A stretch of 48,677 bases of DNA from Sphingomonadaceae bacterium (GTDB lineage Bacteria > Chloroflexota > UBA6077): the NCBI GenBank assembly GCA_050261575.1, contig JBLNDL010000099.1:1-48677 (forward strand). The letters are read 5' to 3'. The notes beneath the pieces are model-generated. The model made no database searches and was not told where the DNA came from. It was given only the letters and a program-made list of their open reading frames with translations. Positions 19,242-28,956 of this stretch are shown piece after piece. Both the position numbers and the translations under genes were made by a program. How positions within the stretch are numbered: the stretch's first letter is position 1; the number at the start of each line of letters is the position of its first letter.

Positions 19242-20144
19242 CTACGCGTTGCTCGTGGTCTGGACGAGGGAGGCTTGAGCGAGGGCGATCGCCCCCAGCA
19301 CTCCCGATCGGTTCCCCAGGCCGGGCGGGACGATGTAGCTGTCGATCCCCTGCAGGATGGTGCTGGACTGGACGTACCCGTTCAGTAGACGCCGCACCCA
19401 GTCTCGCACCAGCGGATAGAGCCCCGTTCGGCGCATCACTCCCCCGCCGATCACGATGCGCCGCGGCGAGTGGGTCAGGACCAGGTTCGCCAGGGCCTGG
19501 GCGATGTAGTGGGCCTCCAGTCCCCAGGCTGGGTGGTCGTCGGGCAGCGTCTCGGCCCGCTGCCCCCATCGCGCCGCCAAGGCGGGGCCAGAGGCCAACC
19601 CCTCGAGGCAGTCACCGTGGAAGGGGCAAATGCCGGGAAAGGGGTCGCGTTCCCGGTCGTGGCGCACCAGCATGTGGCCCATCTCCGGGTGTACCAGCCC
19701 GTGGATGGGCGCCCCCCCGCACACGATACCGCCCCCGATGCCCGTTCCAACCGTCACGTAGATCGCTGGATCCTCTCCCCGTGCCGCTCCCCAGCGGTAC
19801 TCCCCGAAGGCGGCGGCGTTCACGTCGGTATCGAAGACCACCGGGACGTCGAGGGCATCCCGCAGCATCCCCACAATGTTGGTTTGGACCCAACCCGGCT
19901 TCGGCGTGGTCGTGATGTACCCGTAAGTCGGGGATGCAGGGTTCGGGTCTATGGGGCCAAACGAGCCGACGCCTAGGGCGGCTATGCCCGGCATTTCCTG
20001 CCTGAAGAAGTCGACAACCCGTCCGATCGTTTCGACCGGATTGGTCGTGGGAAAAGTGATCTCTGCCCGGATGTTCTGCGGCCCGCTGCCGACCATGCAG
20101 ACGAACTTGGTGCCTCCTGCTTCCACTCCTCCATAGAGCTTCAT
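19242..20144 (-). CDS. ROK-family sugar kinase (fructokinase type)
   Basis: GGVEAGGTKFVC, SFGP, TTPKPGW, DTDVNAAA, HPEMGH, CPFHGDCLEGLASG. Confidence 0.92.
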   Translation of the reverse strand: MKLYGGVEAGGTKFVCMVGSGPQNIRAEITFPTTNPVETIGRVVDFFRQEMPGIAALGVGSFGPIDPNPASPTYGYITTTPKPGWVQTNIVGMLRDALDVPVVFDTDVNAAAFGEYRWGAARGEDPAIYVTVGTGIGGGIVCGGAPIHGLVHPEMGHMLVRHDRERDPFPGICPFHGDCLEGLASGPALAARWGQRAETLPDDHPAWGLEAHYIAQALANLVLTHSPRRIVIGGGVMRRTGLYPLVRDWVRRLLNGYVQSSTILQGIDSYIVPPGLGNRSGVLGAIALAQASLVQTTSNA

Positions 20145-20479
20145 GGCAGACTCCTCTGCACCCGTAGTCTCGTCTCTCCATCCTACTCCAATCGGCGAAC
20201 CGTGGGGAGGGGCTCCTGGGACGCTGCTGCTCCTTCCTGGCAGCCCGACTCCAGGCGCGACTTGGAGCGGCTGCGAAACGCCGCGCAGGGGGGAGTCCGG
20301 CCCGAATCCTGCAAGGTGAAAGAGGCGGACCTGCTGCGGATCGGTGCAACCTCTTGGGCTGCAACGCGGGAGCGCGCCCGTCCCAACCCATCGGCTCCCG
20401 TCTCGATGCCCTGCTTCTTGAGTCAACGGCCCGGTGTGGGGTGCGTCGTGAACTGGCAGGCTCGAAGAGGAGGTGCACA

Positions 20480-21727
20480 ATGCCACAACCGGGGCCGATC
20501 GAGGATCTCGTTGCGGCACCAAAGAAGCCTCGAATAACCTACATGGCCAGCTACCCTCCCCGAGAGTGCGGTATAGCCACCTTCACCAAAGACCTGGTAG
20601 AGGCCGTCGATCGGGCCTTTCCGGGCAATCCGGGGAAGATCATCGCGCTCAACGAGAGCCAGGCCACCTACCGCTACGGGCCGGAGGTGAAGGTTGCGAT
20701 CACGGTGGACGACCTGGACAGCTATCGGGAGGCGGCGGAGTACGTGAACCGCTCGAGGACCGACCTGTTGTGCATCCAGCACGAGTACGGCCTGTTCGGC
20801 GGGGAGCATGGGGAGAACCTCTTCGCCTTCTTGGACGCCCTGAAGAAGCCCCTGGTGATAACCATGCACACCGTGCTGCCGAATCCCAACGATCATCTGC
20901 GGATGGTCACTCGGCGGCTGATCGCCAGGGCGGACGCCACAGTGGTGCTTGCCAGGAAGGCGCTAGAGGTCCTGGCCGAGGATTACGGGATACAGGACGA
21001 ATCGGTCCGCTACATCCCGCACGGCGTGCCCAACGTCCGCAAGCTGCCCTCCTCCCGCTTCAAGTCGATCCTGGGGCTCGAGGGCAGATTCACCGTCTCC
21101 ACCTTCGGTTTGATCAATCCCGGCAAGGGGATCGAGTACGCCATTCGGGCACTCCCCAGGGTGGCGAAGAAGTACCCCACCGTGCTGTACCTGGTATTGG
21201 GCGAGACCCATCCCGGGGTGAGGAAGAACGAGGGGGAGAGCTATCGGAACCATCTCCACGGCCTGGTGTCGGAACTGGGGCTGCAGAAGCACGTGAAGTT
21301 CAACAACCGCTACCTCACCCACAACGAGATCGTCAGCTACCTGATGGCTACGAACATCTACCTGGTGCCGTACCTGAACCCCAATCAGATCGCCAGTGGG
21401 ACTCTGGCCTACGCCGTCGGCGCGGGGAGAGCGGTCGTGTCGACCCCCTTCATCTACGCCCAGGAACTCCTGGGAGACGGCCGGGGTGTGTTGGTGCCCT
21501 TCCGTGACTCCGAGGCAATCTCGGACGCGCTGGATGAGCTTATCGGGAACCCCGGCCTTCGGGCTGAGATGGCTATGGCCGCCTACGCCTACGGCAGAAA
21601 CATGACCTGGCACAACGTCGCACGGGATTACGTGCAGTTGTTCGACGTCCTGCTGCACCCCTCGGATCCGGTGGCCGCTCCTATAGTGGCACCGGTGGCC
21701 TCCGAGCAGCGCGCAGCGGTGAGGTAG
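20480..21727 (+). CDS. GT4-family glycosyltransferase
   Basis: SYPPRECGIATFT, QHEYGLFGG, IPHG, TFGLI.PGKGIE, Q..SGTLAYA. Confidence 0.9.
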   Translation: MPQPGPIEDLVAAPKKPRITYMASYPPRECGIATFTKDLVEAVDRAFPGNPGKIIALNESQATYRYGPEVKVAITVDDLDSYREAAEYVNRSRTDLLCIQHEYGLFGGEHGENLFAFLDALKKPLVITMHTVLPNPNDHLRMVTRRLIARADATVVLARKALEVLAEDYGIQDESVRYIPHGVPNVRKLPSSRFKSILGLEGRFTVSTFGLINPGKGIEYAIRALPRVAKKYPTVLYLVLGETHPGVRKNEGESYRNHLHGLVSELGLQKHVKFNNRYLTHNEIVSYLMATNIYLVPYLNPNQIASGTLAYAVGAGRAVVSTPFIYAQELLGDGRGVLVPFRDSEAISDALDELIGNPGLRAEMAMAAYAYGRNMTWHNVARDYVQLFDVLLHPSDPVAAPIVAPVASEQRAAVR

Positions 21728-21754
21728 GTTGTCCAGGTCGGGACAGGAGACGAG

Positions 21755-22924
21755 ATGACACGGGAGAGGGTTCCGGGCTTCAAGCTGGATCGCTTGAAAC
21801 GGATGACTGATGACACCGGGGTGGTGCAGCACGCGCTCTACGCGCTCCCCGACTCCAACCACGGCTATTCCATAGACGATCAGGCTCGCGCCCTGATCGT
21901 GGCTCTCAAGCACTTCAACCTGACGGGCAACTGGTCGAGTCTGGATCTGGCGACAACCTATCTGCGCTTCCTGAACTACGCCCAACTGGCAGACGGGAGA
22001 TTCCACAACTTCATGGGCTTCGACCGTCAGTGGCAGGACGTCGTCGGATCCGAGGACTCCAACGGCAGGGTGGTGTGGGCACTGGGCTGCACCACGCTCA
22101 CCGGAGTGGAGGAAGACCTCCAGATGACGGCCAGGACCATGCTGCTCCGCACCTTCCCCTGGCTGGGCCGGCTGCAATACCCGCGGGCCAAGGCATTCGC
22201 AATCCTTGGACTCTACTACTACCTGCGGACCGAGCCCGACGACCAGGAGGCGCGAGAACTGGTGAGCCGGCACGGTGATGGCCTGGTAGCCGCCTTCGAG
22301 CTGAATGCAGGCGAGGGCTGGTGGTGGTTCGAGGATATCCTCACCTACAGCAATGCTCGATTGCCCCAGGCCCTCATGCTGGCCTACCTTGTGACGTGGA
22401 ACCGGCGCTACCTGGAGGTGGCCAAGGCCAGCCTGGACTTTCTGCTCCAGGTGTCCCATCCGGATGGGACGTCCCACATCGACCTGGTGGGCCAGGCAGG
22501 CTGGTACCCTCGCGGCGGCGATTGCGCGCGCTTCGACCAGCAACCTGTGGACGCCAACGCGCTGGTGGACGCCTGCCTGGCAGCGCACCAATTGCTGGGA
22601 GACAGACGCTACCTCGCCGAGGCCCACCTGGCCTTCGCCTGGTTTCACGGTCGCAACTGCCTCGGGACGCCCCTCTACTGCGAGAGCACCGGCGGCTGCT
22701 TCGATGGCCTTACACCCATGGGGGTGAACCGCAACCAGGGTGCGGAGTCCACTATCTCCTATCTTCTCTCCTATCTCTCGATGGTCGAGGCCGGCCAACT
22801 GGCACTGAACGAGGTGACCCGAGAGAAGCGGCGCCCCCAGTTGGTGGTCCCGCGGCTGGTCCCACTGCAGCCGACGGGAGACGGAAACTCGACTGTGGGG
22901 CCCTCCTCGGTTATCATTAGATAG
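21755..22924 (+). CDS. Six-hairpin glycosidase-like protein (normally the C-terminal half of fused GT4 proteins)
   Basis: MTDDTG..QHA, GYSIDDQARAL, SEDSNGR..WALG, WFED.LTY.NARLP, FDQQP, N.NQGAEST. Confidence 0.8.
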   Translation: MTRERVPGFKLDRLKRMTDDTGVVQHALYALPDSNHGYSIDDQARALIVALKHFNLTGNWSSLDLATTYLRFLNYAQLADGRFHNFMGFDRQWQDVVGSEDSNGRVVWALGCTTLTGVEEDLQMTARTMLLRTFPWLGRLQYPRAKAFAILGLYYYLRTEPDDQEARELVSRHGDGLVAAFELNAGEGWWWFEDILTYSNARLPQALMLAYLVTWNRRYLEVAKASLDFLLQVSHPDGTSHIDLVGQAGWYPRGGDCARFDQQPVDANALVDACLAAHQLLGDRRYLAEAHLAFAWFHGRNCLGTPLYCESTGGCFDGLTPMGVNRNQGAESTISYLLSYLSMVEAGQLALNEVTREKRRPQLVVPRLVPLQPTGDGNSTVGPSSVIIR

Positions 22925-22959
22925 CAGGACTGTTACACGGGACAATCAGGAGGCGCCAA

Positions 22960-24318
22960 GTGTTTGAGAGCCTCTCAGACAAACTACAGGCCGTCTTCTC
23001 GCGGCTTCGAAACAAGGGAAAACTGACCGAAGAGGACGTGGATCTGGCCTTGAAAGAGGTCCGCATGGCCCTCCTGGAGGCAGACGTCAACTTCAAGGTC
23101 GTCAAGGGATTCGTCGCGAAGCTGCGGGAGCGCGCTGTTGGGGCGGAGGTGCTGGAGAGCCTGACGCCGGTCCAGCAGGTGATCAAGATCGTCAACGAGG
23201 AGTTGATCGCCATGCTGGGTGGCGGGCAGGCGAAGATCGCCACGGCCCCGACCCCGCCGACGGTCATCATGCTGGTCGGGCTGCAGGGGTCCGGCAAGAC
23301 GACGACTATCGCGAAGCTGGCGATGCAGTTGCGGAAGCAGGGCCATCGCCCGCTGCTGGTGGCTGCCGATACCTACCGGCCTGCGGCGGTCAAGCAGATC
23401 GTCACGCTGGGCAAGCAGATCGACATGCCGGTCTTCAGCGACGAGAAAGGGAAGCCGCCGCAGATCTGCGAGGCGGCGGTCAAGCACGCCAGGCACACGG
23501 GGCTGACCGCGGTCCTCATGGACACCGCGGGACGGCTGCACGTGGCGGACGACATGATGGCCGAGTTGGAGGAGATCCAGCGACGGACCAACCCGACCGA
23601 GACACTGCTTGTGGCCGATGCTATGACCGGCCAGGATGCGGTCCGTGTCGCGGAGGAGTTCAACGCCAGGGTCAAGCTGACCGGGCTGATCCTTACCAAG
23701 ATGGACGGTGACGCACGAGGCGGCGCCGCCCTCTCCATGCGCTCTGTGACTGGGGTTCCGATCAAGTTCGTGGGTGTCGGCGAGAAGCTGGACGCCCTGG
23801 AGCCCTTCCACCCGGAGCGGATGGCATCCCGGATCCTTGGCATGGGCGACGTGCTCAGCCTGATCGAGAAGGCCCAGGAAAACTACACTCGGGAGCAGAG
23901 CCAGAAGCTGGAGAAGAAGCTGAAGGCCGGCACGCTCGATCTGGAGGACTTCCTGGAGCAGATGCAGCAGTTGAAGAGCATGGGCCCGTTGAGCCAGATC
24001 CTGGAGATGGTCCCGGGGCTCAACAAGCTGGCCCGGGCGCCGGAGACGGCTGCCGCCCTGGACGGGAAGCAGATGAAGCGGGTGGAGGCGATAGTCCTCT
24101 CGATGACTCCGGAGGAGCGCCGGAACCCCCAGATGATCGGCGGCAGTCGCAAGAAGCGGATCGCGCGCGGTAGCGGGACCACGCCTGCGGAGGTGAACCG
24201 CCTGCTGAACCAGTTCTTCGAGATGCAGAAGATGATGAAGGCGATGGCCTCGGGCAAGGGGCCCTTCGGGAAGGGCAAGGTCAAGCTTCCGTCCGGCTTC
24301 CCGGGCATGTTCGGATAG
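22960..24318 (+). CDS. ffh: Signal recognition particle protein Ffh
   Basis: GLQGSGKTTT, DTAGR, DARGGAALS, RILGMGD, M domain (SMT..ER, RIARGSG). Confidence 0.97.
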   Translation: MFESLSDKLQAVFSRLRNKGKLTEEDVDLALKEVRMALLEADVNFKVVKGFVAKLRERAVGAEVLESLTPVQQVIKIVNEELIAMLGGGQAKIATAPTPPTVIMLVGLQGSGKTTTIAKLAMQLRKQGHRPLLVAADTYRPAAVKQIVTLGKQIDMPVFSDEKGKPPQICEAAVKHARHTGLTAVLMDTAGRLHVADDMMAELEEIQRRTNPTETLLVADAMTGQDAVRVAEEFNARVKLTGLILTKMDGDARGGAALSMRSVTGVPIKFVGVGEKLDALEPFHPERMASRILGMGDVLSLIEKAQENYTREQSQKLEKKLKAGTLDLEDFLEQMQQLKSMGPLSQILEMVPGLNKLARAPETAAALDGKQMKRVEAIVLSMTPEERRNPQMIGGSRKKRIARGSGTTPAEVNRLLNQFFEMQKMMKAMASGKGPFGKGKVKLPSGFPGMFG

Positions 24319-24392
24319 GCCGTGGGTGGCGATCAACCGTAGCGATCAACTGAAGGGGCGCGGCGCCGCGCCCCTGTCCGTGCATATTGGCG

Positions 24393-24746
24393 CTACGAAC
24401 GTCGCGACTGACGGGTAGCTTTCAGGAAGAGGGCCGCACCCAGTACGAGAGGCCCAGCCAGGCCGACGATGGTGCTGGCGGTCCGGCGACCGGTGGACAG
24501 TAGCCCCACCGAGGCGAAGAACGAGAGGGAGATCCCTGCCAGGTAGGCTGCGGTGGGCACTCGCTCCACCGCAGCCATCACGCGCTCGACGTCCGGAGAC
24601 GGCCTGCCACCCTGTTGCAGCACCCGCTGGACCCGTGCCCAGGCGAGTTCGGCCTGCTGGCGCAACTCCCGCCCTCGCTGTCGGGGACCGCCCGATGCCC
24701 CCAGTCCCGAGGGGCCTTCCTCGCCGAAGCCCTCCGCCTCGCTCAC
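24393..24746 (-). CDS. Hypothetical small membrane protein (117 aa)
   Basis: GGAGGTG RBS before GTG; two hydrophobic segments in the C-terminal half. Confidence 0.55.
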   Translation of the reverse strand: MSEAEGFGEEGPSGLGASGGPRQRGRELRQQAELAWARVQRVLQQGGRPSPDVERVMAAVERVPTAAYLAGISLSFFASVGLLSTGRRTASTIVGLAGPLVLGAALFLKATRQSRRS

Positions 24747-24776
24747 CTTCCGCCACCTCCCCCTTGCAGCCTGACG

Positions 24777-24814
24777 GGTCTGAGCCCTGAGAAGGGTAGC
24801 TCAGGACTCAGGCC
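24777..24814. repeat. Heptamer-based inverted repeat (CTGAGCC CTGAG ... CTCAGGA CTCAGGC)
   Basis: Same unit family as 43498-43556. Confidence 0.55.
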
Positions 24815-24882
24815 CCATCGGCCGACTACCGGCTGAATGACACCGGAGAATGGGAAGGCTAGCGTCGCAGAAGCCGTGCCAC

Positions 24883-26031
24883 CTACTGCTTCTCGCCGAG
24901 GGCAAGGACGCGAGAGGCGATGGCGTCACCGACCTGGCTGGTGGAGTTTCGGCCGCCAAGGTCGGGGGTTCGAACCTCACGCTCGCCCAGCAACTCTTCC
25001 ACGGCCTTCTCCACCAGGAGCGCAGCCTTCTCCTCGCCCAGATGCTCCAACATCATCCCGCCTGCCAGGATGGCCGCGATCGGGTTGGCGATACCCTTGC
25101 CCGCGATGTCGGGGCCGCTGCCGTGAATCGGCTCGAACATGGAGGGCCCGCCCTCCGGGTTGATGTTCGCGCCCGGGGCCATGCCCATGCCGCCGACGAT
25201 GCCGGCGGCCAGGTCGGTGATGATGTCGCCGAAGAGGTTGGGGGCGACCACAACCTGGTAGTGCTCCGGCCGCCGAACGAAGAACATGGTGATGGCGTCC
25301 ACCAGGGTGAACTCTAGCTCAATGTCGGGGTAGTCCTTCGCCACCTTCTTGATCGACTCACGCCAGATCTCGTACATCTCGCCCAGGACGTTCACCTTGT
25401 CCACGGCCGTTACCCGCTTCATCCCCTTCTTCCGTGCCAGCCCGAAGGCGAAGCGAGCAACGCGCTCCGCGCCAGCCGCGGTCATAGCCCCGATGTGGAA
25501 GCCCATCTTCTGAGGGGGATCGACCTTGACCTCCATCCCGAAGTTGGCCGTGTAGAGCTCTCGCTTGAGAACGATGTCGCCCTTGTAGCCGGCACCCTCG
25601 AAGTGGTCGCCCAGGCTGATGTAGAAGTCCTCGCTGTTCTCCCGGACCACGTAGAAGTCGATCTCACCGGGCTTCTTGTCCTTGAGGGGGCTGTCCACTC
25701 CGGGGTACAGCTTGACGGGTCGGAGGTTCACGTACTGGTCGAAGTGGAAGCGGGTCTTGAGAACGGCCCCCGTCTGCATGATCTTCTCGGATACCCTGGG
25801 GTCTCCGAGCGCTCCCAGCAGGATGGCCTCGGTCTTCGACATCTCGTCGAGATCCTGATCGGTGACCCCGACGCCGGTCTTCAGGGCGCGTTCGGCGTTG
25901 AGGGAGATTTCCCTCCATTCCCACTGGATGGCCGAAACCTGGCCCGCAGCCTCCAACACCTTCTTGGCCTGGGCGATCACCTCGGGCCCGATGCCGTCGC
26001 CAGGCATCACTGCGATGACGTGCTTGGACAT
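24883..26031 (-). CDS. Isocitrate/isopropylmalate dehydrogenase family protein (LeuB-like)
   Basis: [46 protein letters not shown]. Confidence 0.9.
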   Translation of the reverse strand: MSKHVIAVMPGDGIGPEVIAQAKKVLEAAGQVSAIQWEWREISLNAERALKTGVGVTDQDLDEMSKTEAILLGALGDPRVSEKIMQTGAVLKTRFHFDQYVNLRPVKLYPGVDSPLKDKKPGEIDFYVVRENSEDFYISLGDHFEGAGYKGDIVLKRELYTANFGMEVKVDPPQKMGFHIGAMTAAGAERVARFAFGLARKKGMKRVTAVDKVNVLGEMYEIWRESIKKVAKDYPDIELEFTLVDAITMFFVRRPEHYQVVVAPNLFGDIITDLAAGIVGGMGMAPGANINPEGGPSMFEPIHGSGPDIAGKGIANPIAAILAGGMMLEHLGEEKAALLVEKAVEELLGEREVRTPDLGGRNSTSQVGDAIASRVLALGEKQ

Positions 26032-26295
26032 CTACCTTCCTCCTAGAAGATGGTGCGGGAATCGCCGGGGAAGCTGCGGAACGGCCCACTCGGGTCGCCC
26101 GCGGGGCCAGCATAGCATAGCAGACGATGTTGGTGCACGGAGCATTCGGCCCGCGACCCGATGAGAGGACGGAACGAGAAATGCGCATTTCGCAAGAGGA
26201 CTCCGGGACGGCGACCTGCTGTCGACCCGCAGCGTTCGTGGAGCGGGGTCGGAGGCGCCGCCTCGGGGTGCTCGTCGAGAAAGGATTGTTGTGTC

Positions 26296-26925
26296 TTGAA
26301 AGCCGCTCCCTTCTTCCTGATCTTCGCCATACTGCTCGGCGGGGTCCTGGTCGCGGTGCAGACGGCCGTCAGCTCCGAGGAGGAAGACGTGGGCGTGGAG
26401 CGACCGACGGTCACCCCCAGGCCGCGCCCCACCTCGCCGCCCAGGGAGTCCGCCACCGTGCCGACCCCCGGTTTGCTTTCCGGAGCCACCTCCGGCGTGG
26501 CATCGCCCACTGCCGCCCCTCAGGCGGCGACTTCGCCACCGCCCCCGACCGCGACGCCACCTGCCAGCCCCAGCTCCGTGCCGCAGGTGGCTCCGCCGCC
26601 CTCACCGAGCCCCGCGGCCACGGCTACGGCAGTGCCCGTCGGTTCGCCGACTCCGGGTTCGGGCCCGTCGCCGACTGCCCAGGTCGCGGCGCCGTCACCC
26701 TCGCCCACGGCAGGGTGGATGATGCGAGTGGGCAACACGGATGGGCAGGGGGTGTATCTGCGACGCACTCCGCGCATGGACGACACAATCCGGCCCTGGG
26801 TAGATGGCACCCCGATGGTCGTGCTCGGCCCGCCCGAGACCGGTGAGGGGCATAGCTGGCTCAGGGTGCGGGCGCCGGACGGGACCGAGGGCTACATCCC
26901 GGTGCAGTACCTGGTGGGAGGGTAG
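26296..26925 (+). CDS. Membrane-anchored Pro/Thr-rich protein with C-terminal SH3-like domain
   Basis: TTG after AAAGGA; N-terminal TM; PT/PS-rich linker; GNTDGQGVYLR..P...W..V..PDG.EGYI...YL. Confidence 0.75.
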   Translation: MKAAPFFLIFAILLGGVLVAVQTAVSSEEEDVGVERPTVTPRPRPTSPPRESATVPTPGLLSGATSGVASPTAAPQAATSPPPPTATPPASPSSVPQVAPPPSPSPAATATAVPVGSPTPGSGPSPTAQVAAPSPSPTAGWMMRVGNTDGQGVYLRRTPRMDDTIRPWVDGTPMVVLGPPETGEGHSWLRVRAPDGTEGYIPVQYLVGG

Positions 26926-26955
26926 GTAGCCTGCGTCGCGACGCCCTCGGGCCGG

Positions 26956-28662
26956 TCAGGCGGCCTTGTGGCAGCTCAGACAGGAGCCGTCCTGCCTGCC
27001 CTGGTGGTTATCTGGCATCCCCAGGCCGCCCGTTGCCCCGACGCCGGGTCCTCCTGCGGTATGGCAGGTGGAGCACTGCTCCCTACCCTGGGTTGGATGG
27101 GGCGTATTGGGGATCGCGGTGGGAGCCGAAGGCTGGCCCTGAGTGGAGGCGACGGGGGCGCCGGAGGGCTGCTGATCCCCCGTGGCCTGCTGGGCAGGAG
27201 ACGCCGGGGGCTGCTGGGCCGGCGCGGGCTCGGACTGGGCTGGAGCACCCTGCGCAGCCGACGCTACGGGTGCTGGCGCCGGTGGAGCCGGTTGCGTCAG
27301 GTAGTGGCAGGTCTGGCAGTCGGCACCGATGGTCCGCCCCTTCGCCTCACCCTGAATGCCCACCAGCTTGCCGTGGCAGCGCATGCAGCCGTCGTGGCCA
27401 ACCCAGTCGGGGTAGGTGCTCGGGGTGACTCGCATGTGGGGGAATACCGTGCGCTGGTATATCCTCTTCGCCTCTGCCACCGCCTGCCCGATTTCCGCCT
27501 GATGCTCAGCATAGACCTGGGGCTGCTGGATGCGATAGAAGGCATCGATGCTGTCGATCCTCCCCAGCGCCTCCCGGTACTCCTCCTCGCTGATGCTTTG
27601 GCCGATCTCCCCCACGGCCTGCATCACCTGCTGCTTGATGAAGGGGATCTTCGAGTTGATTCTGCCCTCCAACATAGCGCGGTCCACCTCCTCCTGCACG
27701 GGAGCGAAGTGATGGGCGGTGCGGTTGTGGCAGTCGATGCAATCCATGAAGCGCTCTTCCCTCTCGATCCGCTGCGGAGTCACCTCCGCCTGCCTGTCGG
27801 GCAGGGCGAACTCGTCCACTGTCCCGTCGGGCTTCTCCACCCGTACCCAGCCGATCTCGCTGCGGGATTCGTTTAGCGGCAGGTAGTACACCTTGGCGGT
27901 GGTGTGCCAATGGATTCCCTCGCCTCGGGCGCTACCGCCGACGCGAAAGATCATCGGCTGGACTTTGGGGGTGTTCTGCTCGTCCTGAGCGTAGTGGACG
28001 ATGTTCCGCTGCAGGTCGCCGTAGAAACGCTCGGGTCGGTGGCACTGCTCGCAGGTGTCCCGGCTCGGGCGCAGGTCCTGGATCGGGACCTCGATTGGCC
28101 GGGAGTAGAGCCCCAGGCTATAGCTGAACACCTGCCGGATGCCGGAGATCTTGGACTTAACCAACCAGGGAGCGCCGGGGCCAATGTGACAACTGACGCA
28201 GCTCACTCGGGCGTGCGAGGAGGCCTCGTAGGCAGCACCCTCGGGCTCCATCACCCTGTGGCATACGTCACCGCAGAACTCCTTGGTCTCCATGAACTCG
28301 GCAGCGCCGTAGGTGGTGACGGCCATGAGGGAGAGGATGCCCGCGGTGACCCCCGCGAAGATGGCCAGCCCACGCCGCTGCCGGGAGTCGTTCAAGTCGA
28401 GAATGGGGAACGCCTTGGCCACCAAGCCGAGGCGGGCCAGACGCCGCCGCTCTCTCAGGACCCCGATCGGTATCAACAGCAGCCCCAACGTCAGGATGGC
28501 AGGGCCCACGAGGAAGGTGAGAATGCCAGTGTAAGGGCTGGCGATCGCCCCGGTGGCGCCCAACACCAGCAGGACGAGGACGATCACGAGGGAGAAAATC
28601 GCCATGACCGCGCCTAGGAGACTGACGGGGTTGACCATGGCCGCGGGATACTTGCCTTCCAT
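26956..28662 (-). CDS. NapC/NirT-type membrane multiheme cytochrome c (8 predicted hemes)
   Basis: 3 N-terminal TMs; CGDVCH, CVSCH, CEQCH, CIDCH, CMRCH, CQTCH, then a P/A/Q linker and CSTCH, CLSCH. Confidence 0.9.
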   Translation of the reverse strand: MEGKYPAAMVNPVSLLGAVMAIFSLVIVLVLLVLGATGAIASPYTGILTFLVGPAILTLGLLLIPIGVLRERRRLARLGLVAKAFPILDLNDSRQRRGLAIFAGVTAGILSLMAVTTYGAAEFMETKEFCGDVCHRVMEPEGAAYEASSHARVSCVSCHIGPGAPWLVKSKISGIRQVFSYSLGLYSRPIEVPIQDLRPSRDTCEQCHRPERFYGDLQRNIVHYAQDEQNTPKVQPMIFRVGGSARGEGIHWHTTAKVYYLPLNESRSEIGWVRVEKPDGTVDEFALPDRQAEVTPQRIEREERFMDCIDCHNRTAHHFAPVQEEVDRAMLEGRINSKIPFIKQQVMQAVGEIGQSISEEEYREALGRIDSIDAFYRIQQPQVYAEHQAEIGQAVAEAKRIYQRTVFPHMRVTPSTYPDWVGHDGCMRCHGKLVGIQGEAKGRTIGADCQTCHYLTQPAPPAPAPVASAAQGAPAQSEPAPAQQPPASPAQQATGDQQPSGAPVASTQGQPSAPTAIPNTPHPTQGREQCSTCHTAGGPGVGATGGLGMPDNHQGRQDGSCLSCHKAA

Positions 28663-28956
28663 CGCACCTCACCTTCGAGAGGAACTAACCAGAGCGGTTG
28701 AATCCGGGATGGCTGACCGACCGAGAGCCGTCTCGGCGGGCGGGCGTCATCTAGAATAGCATGCTGATTGGGAACTCGTCTGCGGGCCCCCGCCGATGGC
28801 TGGGACGAACCAGGTTAATAGTGCGCCTGGCTGCACGTAGTCTACTACAAGCTGGCTGGCCCTTTCTACTCCCCCCCTTACAATCTCTTGGCACTCCTCT
28901 TGCTCGTCCTCGCGACTCTCACGTCCAGGACGACGTGGCTGAAAGGAGTGGCAAGG

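Noticed and set aside
20220..20250. Minus-strand CCAGGAAGGAGCAGC resembling SRP RNA helix 8, between ftsY and ffh
   Set aside because: Lacks the CAGG-stem-GNRA-stem-AGCA geometry and a long closing helix; an Rfam scan would settle it
20963..22945. 660-aa minus-strand ORF and many other long antisense or alternate-frame ORFs (e.g. 41678-43501, 22984-24336, 35188-36522)
   Set aside because: Shadow ORFs of clearly identified genes in GC-rich DNA; no recognisable motifs
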